Assembly: GCA_051306005.1 (NCBI GenBank) | Contig: JBPPMJ010000001.1 | Coordinates: 3,610-67,609 of the forward strand | Direction of reading: 5' to 3' | DNA from: Minisyncoccota bacterium | GTDB taxonomy: Bacteria > Patescibacteriota > Minisyncoccia > Moranbacterales > UBA1568 | Length of the DNA: 64,000 nt | In this document: positions 19,542 to 28,378 of the stretch, in pieces | Position numbering within the stretch: position 1 is the stretch's first letter | How the letters are laid out: each line of letters begins with the position of its first letter | Position numbers and translations under genes: made by a program | Notes under the pieces: model-generated | Told to the model about the DNA's origin: nothing | The model's input: only the letters and a program-made list of their open reading frames with translations | Databases searched by the model: none

Positions 19542-20794
19542 AGCATGCTCTTTCCAGACTCTTACCAAAACAAATAAAAAACATTGCGCACTTGATACAA
19601 GCAATATTAGCTTGCGTATACTTTGGTTTTCCTGCTAGAAAATTGACAGTGATCGGAGTAACTGGCACGAATGGCAAGACGACTACCACCCAATTTATTG
19701 CACGTATTTTGGAGCGGGCTGGCAAGTCGATCGCCATGGCTTCTACGATTCAGTTTCAAATTAATGACAAACAGTGGGTTAATACGTCAAAATTTACCAC
19801 GCTTTCATCCTGGAAATTGCAACGATTCCTCGCGCAGGCAGTACAAGCGAAATGTGAATACGCAGTTATAGAAACTTCTTCGCATGCTCTAGATCAGCAT
19901 CGTGTATGGGGTATCCCCTATGCTATTGCTGTCATGACCAATGTTACGCGTGAGCATCTGGACTATCATGAAACGATGGAGAAATATCGTTTGGCGAAAC
20001 GACGTTTATTTACTCAGGCAACACGCGCGGTTATCAATAGAGATATGGAAGAGCCGGAATTTTTTATCGAAGCCTGTCGCCGTCCGCCCCTTTTGTATGG
20101 TATCAAAAATCATCAAGCGCAATTGTTGGCAGAAAACATTGAGATGCATTTTCAACGGACAGAATTTCGCGTTCAGGGCGTTATGTTCCATCTTAATGTA
20201 CCTGGAGTCTTTAATATTGAAAATGCGCTTGCCTCTCTCGGTGTGGCACAGATTTTGGGTATTGATTTTGCATTGGCTCAAGAAGCGTTGGCAAGTATCC
20301 TTGGTATACCTGGACGGATGGAACTAGTACCCAATACTTTGGGCGCGGACATTCTGATTGATTATGCAGTTACACCTGATGCTTTTGAAAAGCTGTATGC
20401 TTCAATCCTACCTCTCAAAATTCCAGGGACAAAAATTATCCATGTATTTGGCGCGTGCGGAGAACGGGATCGCGGAAAGCGTCCGCTTTTAGGGGCTATT
20501 GCCTCTCATTATGCCGATAATATTATTTTGACCAACGAGGATCCGTATTATGAGAATCCAGAACAAATCTTGGATGATATAGAGGTGGGAATTACCAAGA
20601 AGGCCAAGGACTATTCCCGTATTTTTGATCGTCGCCAAGCGATTCAGCATGCTTTGTCATTAGCAGAAATCGGAGATATCGTTTTAATCACTGGCAAGGG
20701 AGCGGAAACAACTATAGCTGATAAGGGGAAACGTCTTCCCTGGAATGAGCGCGATGTCGTAGAGAAAGCATTGCGGAATATCACGCAGACATAA
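19538..20794 (+). CDS. murE: UDP-MurNAc-tripeptide ligase MurE
   Basis: GVTGTNGKTTT, ETSSHAL, TREHLDYH, PGRME, FGACGERDRGKR, GKGAE. Confidence 0.92.
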   Translation: MKHALSRLLPKQIKNIAHLIQAILACVYFGFPARKLTVIGVTGTNGKTTTTQFIARILERAGKSIAMASTIQFQINDKQWVNTSKFTTLSSWKLQRFLAQAVQAKCEYAVIETSSHALDQHRVWGIPYAIAVMTNVTREHLDYHETMEKYRLAKRRLFTQATRAVINRDMEEPEFFIEACRRPPLLYGIKNHQAQLLAENIEMHFQRTEFRVQGVMFHLNVPGVFNIENALASLGVAQILGIDFALAQEALASILGIPGRMELVPNTLGADILIDYAVTPDAFEKLYASILPLKIPGTKIIHVFGACGERDRGKRPLLGAIASHYADNIILTNEDPYYENPEQILDDIEVGITKKAKDYSRIFDRRQAIQHALSLAEIGDIVLITGKGAETTIADKGKRLPWNERDVVEKALRNITQT

Positions 20795-20802
20795 GCGTGA
20801 GT

Positions 20803-21243
20803 TTAGGAAAAAAATCCAAGAAACATCACTGTCAGAATAAAGCCGGTAAATGCTCCGCCAATAACTTCACTTACTCGATGACCAACGCGTTCTTTGAGAC
20901 GAGGAAACTTTTCTTGTTCAATACCGAGTTGCTGAATGAGCATATTGAGATAACGTCCTTGATCACCGAGATACATACGAATGCGCGCAGCGTCATCAAT
21001 GACGATAAAGGCCAAAACCGCGGACAAGGCAAATACACTTGACCCGATGCCTTCGTAATGAGCAACAGTCACCAAAAGTGACACCACCAAACTGGTGTGA
21101 GCACTCGGCATATGACCGTGCGTGAAAGCATATTCTATATTGAAACCATGCTTGAGACTATAGATTGTGAATTTCAATACCTGTGTCAGAATCCCGACGG
21201 CAATCGGAATGAGAAAAATGAGATATTCTTGAAGAATGTTCAT
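20803..21243 (-). CDS. Divergent PAP2-family (DUF212) membrane protein
   Basis: GHMPSAH, DDAARIR, LKERVGH...EVIGG. Confidence 0.88.
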   Translation of the reverse strand: MNILQEYLIFLIPIAVGILTQVLKFTIYSLKHGFNIEYAFTHGHMPSAHTSLVVSLLVTVAHYEGIGSSVFALSAVLAFIVIDDAARIRMYLGDQGRYLNMLIQQLGIEQEKFPRLKERVGHRVSEVIGGAFTGFILTVMFLGFFS

Positions 21244-21396
21244 AAAAAAATCTTTTATTTAAAGTATCTTACTTTTTCTCATTATAACACAAAATAATAT
21301 TTTTTCCAGTTTTCTCTTGTCTTCCAGTGCTTCATGTGGTATACTCAATGGTGGAGTGAGAGTTTATGTTACTATTATTTTTAATTATACAAAACT

Positions 21397-21948
21397 ATGA
21401 GTCCTTTAATTCTATTCCTCATTATTGTCGGTGCTGTGGGATTGTTTGTTATCGTTTCTTTTAATGGTTTGGTGACATCACGCAATCGTGCCAATGAAGC
21501 CTGGAGTGATATTGATGTACAGTTGAAACGACGGTATGATTTGATTCCCAATCTCATCAACACCGTCAAAGGATATGCAACACACGAGTCCATGGTTTTT
21601 GAACAAGTCACCATCGCACGAACCAGTGCTATGCAGGCGGGTACGACTGCTGAAAAAGCGCAAGCAGAAAATGCGCTTACCGGTACATTAAAAAGCCTCT
21701 TTGCCGTTGCAGAAGCCTATCCCGACCTCAAGGCCAACCAGAACTTTCTTGAACTTCAACGTGAATTATCTGATACAGAAAACAAGATTCAAGCTTCAAG
21801 ACGTTTTTATAACGGCAATGTGCTTGCCCTGAATAATAAAATTGAAATGTTTCCAAGTAATATTATTGCAAGTATGTTTCGCTTCACAAAGCGTGAATTC
21901 TTCGAAGTAGCAGATGGCGAAAAAGAAGTGGTGCGAGTAGGCTTTTGA
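21397..21948 (+). CDS. lemA: LemA family protein
   Basis: [34 protein letters not shown]. Confidence 0.95.
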   Translation: MSPLILFLIIVGAVGLFVIVSFNGLVTSRNRANEAWSDIDVQLKRRYDLIPNLINTVKGYATHESMVFEQVTIARTSAMQAGTTAEKAQAENALTGTLKSLFAVAEAYPDLKANQNFLELQRELSDTENKIQASRRFYNGNVLALNNKIEMFPSNIIASMFRFTKREFFEVADGEKEVVRVGF

Positions 21949-22038
21949 GTATTGATGGATAGATAGTCCTGCTTGTCGGGAGCTTTGAGAGCACTGCCCT
22001 TTCGTGTCGTGCATTTTTAGTATCATAATACGTTTTTT

Positions 22039-22965
22039 ATGGTTACTCCCTACACTCATTATGACAAAAACATTCGTTTGACGTGGTTCTACATCACATT
22101 GTTTTTGGTGTTGGTAATCGGAGTGGGTTATGTCTTTGCTGGTGCCATGCAGTCGAGTGGTATCCTCTATATAGCAGTAGCGTTTTCGGTTTTGACGAGT
22201 GTCATCTCGTATTGGTGGAGTGATCGGATCGTACTTTCCATGAGTGGTGCCAGAGAGTTGACTTTCGAAAATCATAAAGAGGTGTATCGTTTGGTAGAAA
22301 ACCTCGCTATTACTGCTGGCTTGCCAATACCAAAAATCTATTCCATAGAAGATACCGCGCTCAATGCCTTTGCGACGGGGCGCAATCCAGAACATGGCGT
22401 GATCTGTCTGACTACGGGTATCATGGCACGATTGGAACCGGTGGAATTGGAAGGCGTGATTGCTCATGAACTCTCCCATATCGGTAATCGTGACACGCTT
22501 ATTTCGACGGTTGTTGTTATTTTGGTTGGTTTTGTTGCCTTGCTTGCGGATTGGTTTCGTCATTTTGCCTTTTTTGGCGGTAATCGTGACAATGACAACA
22601 GAGGAGGACAGGCACAAGCCATCTTTATGATTATTGGTATCATTTTATCAATTCTGGCTCCGCTTTCGGCACTTTTGATGCAAATGGCTATTTCTCGGAA
22701 GCGCGAGTTTCTGGCGGATGCCTCTGGTGCATTATTAACACGCTACCCTGATGGTCTTGCTAGCGCTTTGGAAAAGATTGCGGGTGATCATGAACCGCTG
22801 GAAGCGGCCAATCATGCGACAGCACACCTGTATATCGCCAATCCTTTCAAAGGAAATCAGGTAGCAAAATTGTTTATGACTCATCCTCCCATTGAAGAAC
22901 GCATCGCGATTTTGCGTGGTATGGATACTACAGCCTCTCAATCAACGAATATTTCGGCACGATGA
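22039..22965 (+). CDS. htpX: M48 zinc metalloprotease HtpX
   Basis: NAFATG, AHELSH, SRKREFLAD, THPPIEERI. Confidence 0.93.
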   Translation: MVTPYTHYDKNIRLTWFYITLFLVLVIGVGYVFAGAMQSSGILYIAVAFSVLTSVISYWWSDRIVLSMSGARELTFENHKEVYRLVENLAITAGLPIPKIYSIEDTALNAFATGRNPEHGVICLTTGIMARLEPVELEGVIAHELSHIGNRDTLISTVVVILVGFVALLADWFRHFAFFGGNRDNDNRGGQAQAIFMIIGIILSILAPLSALLMQMAISRKREFLADASGALLTRYPDGLASALEKIAGDHEPLEAANHATAHLYIANPFKGNQVAKLFMTHPPIEERIAILRGMDTTASQSTNISAR

Positions 22966-23002
22966 GCAGATAGAGAATGGTCCGCTGAAATGATAAGCAC
23001 TT

Positions 23003-23488
23003 ATGCCTACCTACAAAGAATTTGCCGAGAAAGCACGTACTCGTTTTTTGGAAAGACAACAACACAAGAAAGAACATCTGGGTCAGTACATTTTTACTTC
23101 GCATGCACAACACAAGATGCGTCAGTATGCACTGAGCGAACAGAAAGTCCGTCATGTCATTCGTTATCCGAAACGAACTCAAACGGGCGTCGCACCACGC
23201 ACTATCGCCGTGATGCAACCGATTTCTCCAAAAAATATTGCCGGCAAAGAAGTATGGAAACAGGAGGTGTGGGTTATGTTTCAAAAACAACCCATACAAA
23301 AGAAACAGCAAAAGACTCCGCCAATAGTTTCGGCGACTCAGCATTTGCTTGTTTCTCATTCTGCTTTGAAAGTAATCAGTGCGTGGCGTTATCCGGGTAT
23401 GAGTCCCAAGAACCACCCTATTCCCGATGAGATTTTGCGTGAGTTGACAGAAGGGAGTATAGTAGAAAGGGACGATACAATTTTTTGA
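23003..23488 (+). CDS. Hypothetical protein, DUF4258/BECR-like fold
   Basis: FTSHAQHKMRQY..SEQKVRHVIRYP...VISAWRYPG. Confidence 0.55.
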   Translation: MPTYKEFAEKARTRFLERQQHKKEHLGQYIFTSHAQHKMRQYALSEQKVRHVIRYPKRTQTGVAPRTIAVMQPISPKNIAGKEVWKQEVWVMFQKQPIQKKQQKTPPIVSATQHLLVSHSALKVISAWRYPGMSPKNHPIPDEILRELTEGSIVERDDTIF

Positions 23489-24079
23489 GTGGATGTAAAT
23501 AAATATGCAATCATTATGACTGAGCATCAAGACAAACCGACTGCAGTAGTATCTGATCAGAAACCCGTTGAGGCGTCCTCTTCGGAGAAGCGAGGACAAA
23601 AAAATAAGAGGACATCTGATTTTCTTGCACAGAGTAAAAATATCGTTACTCGTCTGGAGGTATTTTTGGATAAACATCTTGTCACAGAGGCACCATTTAC
23701 ATTGCCTACAAAACTCAAAACTTTGCTTGTGACTATAACACCATACTTCGTGATTTTTTCTATCATGACTTTAGTATCGGTGATCTTTGGCACTATGAGG
23801 TTTTGGGGTGTCTATGGACCATCAGCCGTGTTGGGCGGATACCATTTCGGAGTACAGATGATATTGTCATTGGTAATCACAATAGGTGTCTTGATTTTGG
23901 AAGGCTGGGCGCTTCCCGGACTTTTTAAACGCACACGGCAGGCATGGAGACTGTTGTTTTATGTCAGTATCATCAATATCGTGAGCAGTCTTTTGACATA
24001 TAATATCATGGGCGCTTTCTTGGGTGCCGTGATTGGCTGGTACGTCCTCTTTCAGATAAAAGAATATTACAAAAACTAA
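23489..24079 (+). CDS. Hypothetical membrane protein
   Basis: Several TM segments; ALPGLFKR, YVLFQIKEYYK. Confidence 0.7.
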   Translation: MDVNKYAIIMTEHQDKPTAVVSDQKPVEASSSEKRGQKNKRTSDFLAQSKNIVTRLEVFLDKHLVTEAPFTLPTKLKTLLVTITPYFVIFSIMTLVSVIFGTMRFWGVYGPSAVLGGYHFGVQMILSLVITIGVLILEGWALPGLFKRTRQAWRLLFYVSIINIVSSLLTYNIMGAFLGAVIGWYVLFQIKEYYKN

Positions 24080-24116
24080 CTTTTCCCTATAAAAAGCCAT
24101 AAACTGGAGTCATCAC

Positions 24117-24145
24117 TTGACTTTTTGTTTTTTTAGGTGCATAAT
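24117..24145 (+). promoter_or_regulatory. Sigma70-type promoter
   Basis: TTGACT, 17 bp spacer, CATAAT upstream of the lipoprotein gene. Confidence 0.55.
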
Positions 24146-24204
24146 GCTCTTTACAGTTGTTTGACAATCTTGATGGTTCTCTCTATCTACCAGAGGATGA
24201 CGCG

Positions 24205-24648
24205 ATGCGTATTTTCATAGTTTTTATGCTAACGGCAATGATTGGTTTGTCTGGTTGTGCCACACAACCTTACACTTATGATAAAAATGCTTATGCGAGC
24301 AATATAGGAGGAGGTTACAATCCCTGTGCCAATCTTCCGGCGCAAGTAGTTACCGATACGCTGGTTGGAGCAACAATCGGCGCATTGTTTGGGAGTCATG
24401 ACAGGGGACGTGGTGCAGGATACGGTGCTGGCGCTGGTTTGGCGGGCAGTTATGTCTTGCGTCAGCGGGAGTGTCAGCGTTGGCGTCAACAAGAAAGCAT
24501 TCATCAACAAATGAATGCATGGGAATCAGAGCGTAACGCCCCTAGGACTGATTGTCGCGCCACCAAAGAAGTTGATGCGGATGGGCATGTGACGATGACT
24601 GAACATTGCACTGCCCAGGCCACACGCGGCGGCTACCGCAACTGGTAA
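24205..24648 (+). CDS. Lipoprotein with glycine-zipper motif
   Basis: Lipobox LSGC; GATIGALFG...GAGYGAGAGLAG. Confidence 0.75.
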   Translation: MRIFIVFMLTAMIGLSGCATQPYTYDKNAYASNIGGGYNPCANLPAQVVTDTLVGATIGALFGSHDRGRGAGYGAGAGLAGSYVLRQRECQRWRQQESIHQQMNAWESERNAPRTDCRATKEVDADGHVTMTEHCTAQATRGGYRNW

Positions 24649-24657
24649 GACACAGCA

Positions 24658-24709
24658 GGGTGGTTTCGATGAAGATATATAACTTCAAAGAGACCACCCG
24701 ATTTTTTTT
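24658..24709 (+). terminator. Intrinsic terminator
   Basis: GGGTGGTTTC...GAGACCACCC stem followed by a T-run. Confidence 0.65.
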
Positions 24710-24869
24710 GAAAAAATCAATTTTTCAGGTATACTATATTAAAGAATGATGAGTGAGGAACAGTGCCTTAGGGATGAGATACTCCTAAATCAATGTTTTT
24801 TATTCATCACTCTTGACTGGTCCGATATTTTTTCGGACAGGTTTGTAATTCTTTTTATTTTTTGAATAC

Positions 24870-26303
24870 ATGAAACAGACAAAAATTGTGGCGACCATCG
24901 GTCCTGCTTCAGAAGACAAGGAGACGTTGCGTAAAATGGTGACATCGGGTATGAATGTCGCACGGCTCAATTTTTCTCATGGTGAACATGCGTGGCACCG
25001 TATACTTATCAATCGTTTACGTGAACTGTCACAGGAATTGAATGTCCCGATTGGTATTTTGGCTGACTTGCAGGGTCCGCGTATTCGTACGAATATCGCT
25101 CAAGAAATTATTTTGAATACGGGAGATATTATTCGCGTGAGCGACATAACACAACAGGAAATATTCATGGCATCAGAAGAGGGCGCGCGAACAGTTTTCT
25201 TGGATGTACCTGATATTACTACGGCGCTCAAGACAGGACATATTCTTTTGATTGAGGATGGATTGATTGCTTTGACTGTAACAGAAGAACGAGACAATTA
25301 CGTTATCGCCAGAGCGGATAATCCTGGTATTATCAAAAATCACAAAGGAGTAATTTTGCCAGACTCCGTACTTTCTTTACCTATTTTGTCTGAAAAAGAT
25401 ATTCGTGACCTCCGCTTTGTTTTGGAAGAAGGTGTGGATTTTGTGGGATTGTCCTTCGTCGGATCGGCTGAAGATATTGAGCGCGTGCGCCAGGAGATGG
25501 CATTGGTGTTGGGTGAGGAAGCGCATTACCCTCAAATCGTTGCCAAAATTGAACGCAAAGAGGCTATCAAAAATCTCACTTCGATTATTCAAGCAACGGA
25601 CGCAGTGATGGTGGCACGTGGAGACTTGGGTATTGAAATGCCAACAAGTGAAGTGGTGATTCTTCAAAAACGCATCATCGCCGAAAGTCTCAGGGCAGCC
25701 AAACCGGTCATTGTTGCGACACAGATGATGAAGAGTATGACAGACAATCCACGTCCAACCCGCGCCGAGGTTTCCGATGTGTCAAATGCTGTCATTGATC
25801 ATACCGACGCTGTGATGTTGTCCGAAGAATCCGCTATGGGAAAATATCCAGTGGAAACTGTTGCTATGATGGCGGAAATTATTGGAAAAACAGAAGGGTC
25901 TCCTTTTGATGACTTGTATCGGACTATGGATCTTAATTTTCGGAGCGAATACGCTGTCATGATGCGAAGTGTGTATGAGCTTGCCAAGAGTTTTCGTGTC
26001 AAAGCCATCCTCCTGCTTTCAATGAGCGGTTTTACGGCGCGACTTCTTGCACATTTTCGTCCAGATTGTCGGATTTTTGTGGCGACCAATAGTCGGGCGA
26101 CGTGGCAAGAGCTGAGTCTGGTGCGGGGAGTGGATCCTTATCTCTTTGAAAACGATCAACAACTGGATACTATGAGTGAACGCTTGATGCAGGCTATCAA
26201 ACAGGATGATAAATTGAAAAGCGGTGATCAAGTCGTCGTTTTTCATGGGCGTACACCTGACGTGGACATGATGAAACTTGTCGGAATCCGAGAAGTCCGT
26301 TAG
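24870..26303 (+). CDS. pyk: Pyruvate kinase
   Basis: TKIVATIGPAS, RLNFSHG, DLQGP, AKIE, MVARGDLG, ATQMM, PTRAEVSDV. Confidence 0.98.
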   Translation: MKQTKIVATIGPASEDKETLRKMVTSGMNVARLNFSHGEHAWHRILINRLRELSQELNVPIGILADLQGPRIRTNIAQEIILNTGDIIRVSDITQQEIFMASEEGARTVFLDVPDITTALKTGHILLIEDGLIALTVTEERDNYVIARADNPGIIKNHKGVILPDSVLSLPILSEKDIRDLRFVLEEGVDFVGLSFVGSAEDIERVRQEMALVLGEEAHYPQIVAKIERKEAIKNLTSIIQATDAVMVARGDLGIEMPTSEVVILQKRIIAESLRAAKPVIVATQMMKSMTDNPRPTRAEVSDVSNAVIDHTDAVMLSEESAMGKYPVETVAMMAEIIGKTEGSPFDDLYRTMDLNFRSEYAVMMRSVYELAKSFRVKAILLLSMSGFTARLLAHFRPDCRIFVATNSRATWQELSLVRGVDPYLFENDQQLDTMSERLMQAIKQDDKLKSGDQVVVFHGRTPDVDMMKLVGIREVR

Positions 26304-26345
26304 ACTATCTCTTGTCCCTTGATAAAGGAATTTCAGGGGACAATC

Positions 26346-26433
26346 GGAAAGGTGGCCGAGTGGTCGAAGGCACACGCTTGGAAAGCGTGCATACCGCAAG
26401 GTATCGAGGGTTCGAATCCCTCCCTTTCCGCCA
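26346..26433 (+). tRNA. tRNA-Ser (anticodon GGA)
   Basis: Acceptor GGAAAGG/CCTTTCC, anticodon arm CACGC-TTGGAAA-GCGTG, long variable arm, GGTTCGAATCC, encoded CCA. Confidence 0.97.
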
Positions 26434-26461
26434 ACAGCAGGTAGCACGAGACGTTATCTGA

Positions 26462-26501
26462 TATATTAAAAAGAACAGGCTAGCCTGTTCTTTTTAATAT
26501 A
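26462..26501. terminator. Perfect 40-bp palindrome after the tRNA (likely terminator)
   Basis: TATATTAAAAAGAACAGGCT-AGCCTGTTCTTTTTAATATA. Confidence 0.75.
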
Positions 26502-26535
26502 GTGAAAACTTGCTGTCTTTAGGCGAACTATACAT

Positions 26536-26863
26536 CTAGATGAAAAACTCAAAAAATTGGTACTATATCCTCAAAGATGGAACTATAAAAAACAAATAAG
26601 TTTTTAACTTTAAAGATGACAGAATAGGAGAAGAGATCGTTTTAAAGCACTTTTCTAAATTCTATAAAGATATGATTCTCATTATTGATGACCAGCCCAT
26701 TACTTGTACGAGAAAAGAAATTGAAGAATCCAAAAGTATTTTGGTTGAAAGACATAAGACGAGTCTCTTTAAAGAAATATTTATTTATTTTGGACAATAT
26801 AGTCAAGATGATGGCGCTTCTTCAAAATTTACTTTCTACCAAGTTAAAGTTTCTAATAACTAG
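26536..26863 (+). pseudogene. AT-rich gene remnant of unknown family
   Basis: The 26672-26863 frame is open from about 26600 without a start codon; a second open frame lies upstream; visibly low GC. Confidence 0.35.
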
Positions 26864-26947
26864 AGTGGCAAAATATAGTTTTAGAGGGGCGCTGTTATAA
26901 TTTAAATGGCTTAAAAAAACACCCTTCAAATAGCTCAGTTTAGACCA

Positions 26948-26976
26948 TTGACTTTTCCATTAAAAAGATGTATAAT
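26948..26976 (+). promoter_or_regulatory. Near-consensus sigma70 promoter of the DGR target gene
   Basis: TTGACT (26948-26953), 17 bp spacer, TATAAT (26971-26976). Confidence 0.8.
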
Positions 26977-27000
26977 AGTGTGTTGAACCTTAAAAACTAA

Positions 27001-27073
27001 ACATTACTGAATTCGTCAGAGCAAAGGGGAAGTTTACGAGTTGAGACGCTCCTTTGCTCTGACGAATCAATGT
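27001..27073 (+). other. Long hairpin in the 5' leader of the DGR target
   Basis: Perfect 17-bp inverted repeat ATTCGTCAGAGCAAAGG (27011-27027) / CCTTTGCTCTGACGAAT (27051-27067), extendable outward. Confidence 0.8.
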
Positions 27074-27133
27074 CACAGTCCCTACCTCGGGAAGAGGCAA
27101 CTTTCTGGCGAATAGCCAAGAAGGAGATCGACG

Positions 27134-27763
27134 ATGAAATATGGTGAAGTAAACCTCGGCCAAGTCGAGGCAGTGATCAACAAGCTCGGCGGGATCGAAG
27201 GCTGGAATGCCCTCCTCCGCAACGAGCTCGAGATCAAGTCGAAGCCCCTGCCGTTCCCCAAGAACGAACACGGGCATTACATCATCGAGGTTACCGGCCT
27301 CAATCTGACCGGTGCCCAAGAAATCACGCGCCTCGAAAGCTTAGGCTTCCTGGTTAGCGACTGTGCCGAGTCGATACTTATCTCGACCAATCCTGACTCA
27401 TACGATGCGAACCATCGCCTGGAAGACGGCCAGGTCTACAAGGTGGCCATCGTTCCTGGGCGTGAGATGAAATCGAATCGCACGACGGCGAACCTGCAGA
27501 CCTATGGCTCCCAATTCGGCTACACCAAGCCGCTCGCCGGTATCCAGCCTCGCATCCGCGAAGCCGTCTCCGACAAGCAGTTGGAGGAGATGGGAATCTA
27601 CTACATTGTCTCGCTCCACGAGGTGATCAAGAATTCCGACGGTGACCCGCTCGTCCTCAGTTCGGACCGTGACGTCGATGGACAGTGGATCCTTGCCTCT
27701 TTGGACCATCCTGTCAGCAGGTGGAATGACGATGGCGCGTTCGCGTTCCTTGTTCACGAGTAA
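27134..27763 (+). CDS. DGR target protein with C-terminal variable region (CLec-like, inferred)
   Basis: GC-rich gene with AAGGAG RBS; C-terminus SDGDPLVLSSDRD..W..W..GAFAF is encoded by the duplicated 120 bp. Confidence 0.75.
   Translation: MKYGEVNLGQVEAVINKLGGIEGWNALLRNELEIKSKPLPFPKNEHGHYIIEVTGLNLTGAQEITRLESLGFLVSDCAESILISTNPDSYDANHRLEDGQVYKVAIVPGREMKSNRTTANLQTYGSQFGYTKPLAGIQPRIREAVSDKQLEEMGIYYIVSLHEVIKNSDGDPLVLSSDRDVDGQWILASLDHPVSRWNDDGAFAFLVHE
27632..27751 (+). repeat. 120-bp repeat copy 1 (variable-region position)
   Basis: Identical to 27911-28030; ends 12 nt before the gene end. Confidence 0.95.
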
Positions 27764-27828
27764 GTCCTCGGAGCTTTGTAACTCAGTACTGCACTGAGAC
27801 ATTTAGTCATTTGGCTTTTGTTTGAGAG

Positions 27829-27863
27829 ACCCTCTCCACAGCGTGGAGGGGGTTGATTTTTTT
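27829..27863 (+). terminator. Terminator after the target gene
   Basis: ACCCTCTCCAC-AGC-GTGGAGGGGGT stem, then a T7 run. A smaller CTCAGT-N5-ACTGAG hairpin lies at 27782-27798. Confidence 0.75.
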
Positions 27864-27910
27864 ATGCTAAATTATTTTTGGTAGATGGTGGGTTGGATGG
27901 CAAGATACAT

Positions 27911-28030
27911 AATTCCGACGGTGACCCGCTCGTCCTCAGTTCGGACCGTGACGTCGATGGACAGTGGATCCTTGCCTCTTTGGACCATCCTGTCAGCAGG
28001 TGGAATGACGATGGCGCGTTCGCGTTCCTT
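27911..28030 (+). repeat. 120-bp repeat copy 2 (template-repeat position, intergenic)
   Basis: Identical to 27632-27751; followed by a different tail and a CTCTCC/GGAGAG hairpin with T-run (28052-28081). Confidence 0.95.
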
Positions 28031-28057
28031 ATCTCGCAATTCTCTTCGTTTCTCTCC

Positions 28058-28245
28058 CTATTTTTGGAGAGTTTTCTTTTTATTCTCTAAAGATTTAATT
28101 TCACAAAGAATCATAAGAAGAATCTTCATGACATCCATTTTTCTTATAGTGATTCTAATATAAGGCAACTTTGCTTGTGCTACTAAAAAACTAGCAACAG
28201 CGGTAGCTTCTATCATTTCAGCAAAGAGAATATCTATTCCTGTTT
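28058..28245 (-). pseudogene. Avd-like four-helix-bundle protein remnant
   Basis: IDILFAEMIEATAVASFL...KLPYIRITIRKMDVMKILLMILCEIKSLENKK resembles CPR Avd-type proteins; the N-terminus and the last GGW-containing helix are missing. Confidence 0.65.
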
Positions 28246-28378
28246 CCAGTGAGGGGAGCTTGCTTTGTGTGCGTACAGGGCGGACGGGGTAAGCACATAC
28301 AGATTTGTCCTCACCTCGGATCGTCGCTTGAAGTTGAGACACGTACTATAATTACAGGATAATTCTCGCAGTTACGAA

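Noticed and set aside
5642-24669. Shared 13-mer AGGGTGGTTTCGA at about 5642 and 24657
   Set aside because: Short and in different structural contexts; compatible with chance.
27632-28030. Possible CRISPR or tandem array
   Set aside because: Only two 120-bp copies; no repeat-spacer periodicity and no cas genes seen in the window.
27878-28163. ORFs 27878-28090 and 27885-28163
   Set aside because: They are translations of the duplicated repeat at the template position, with no RBS; most likely non-coding.
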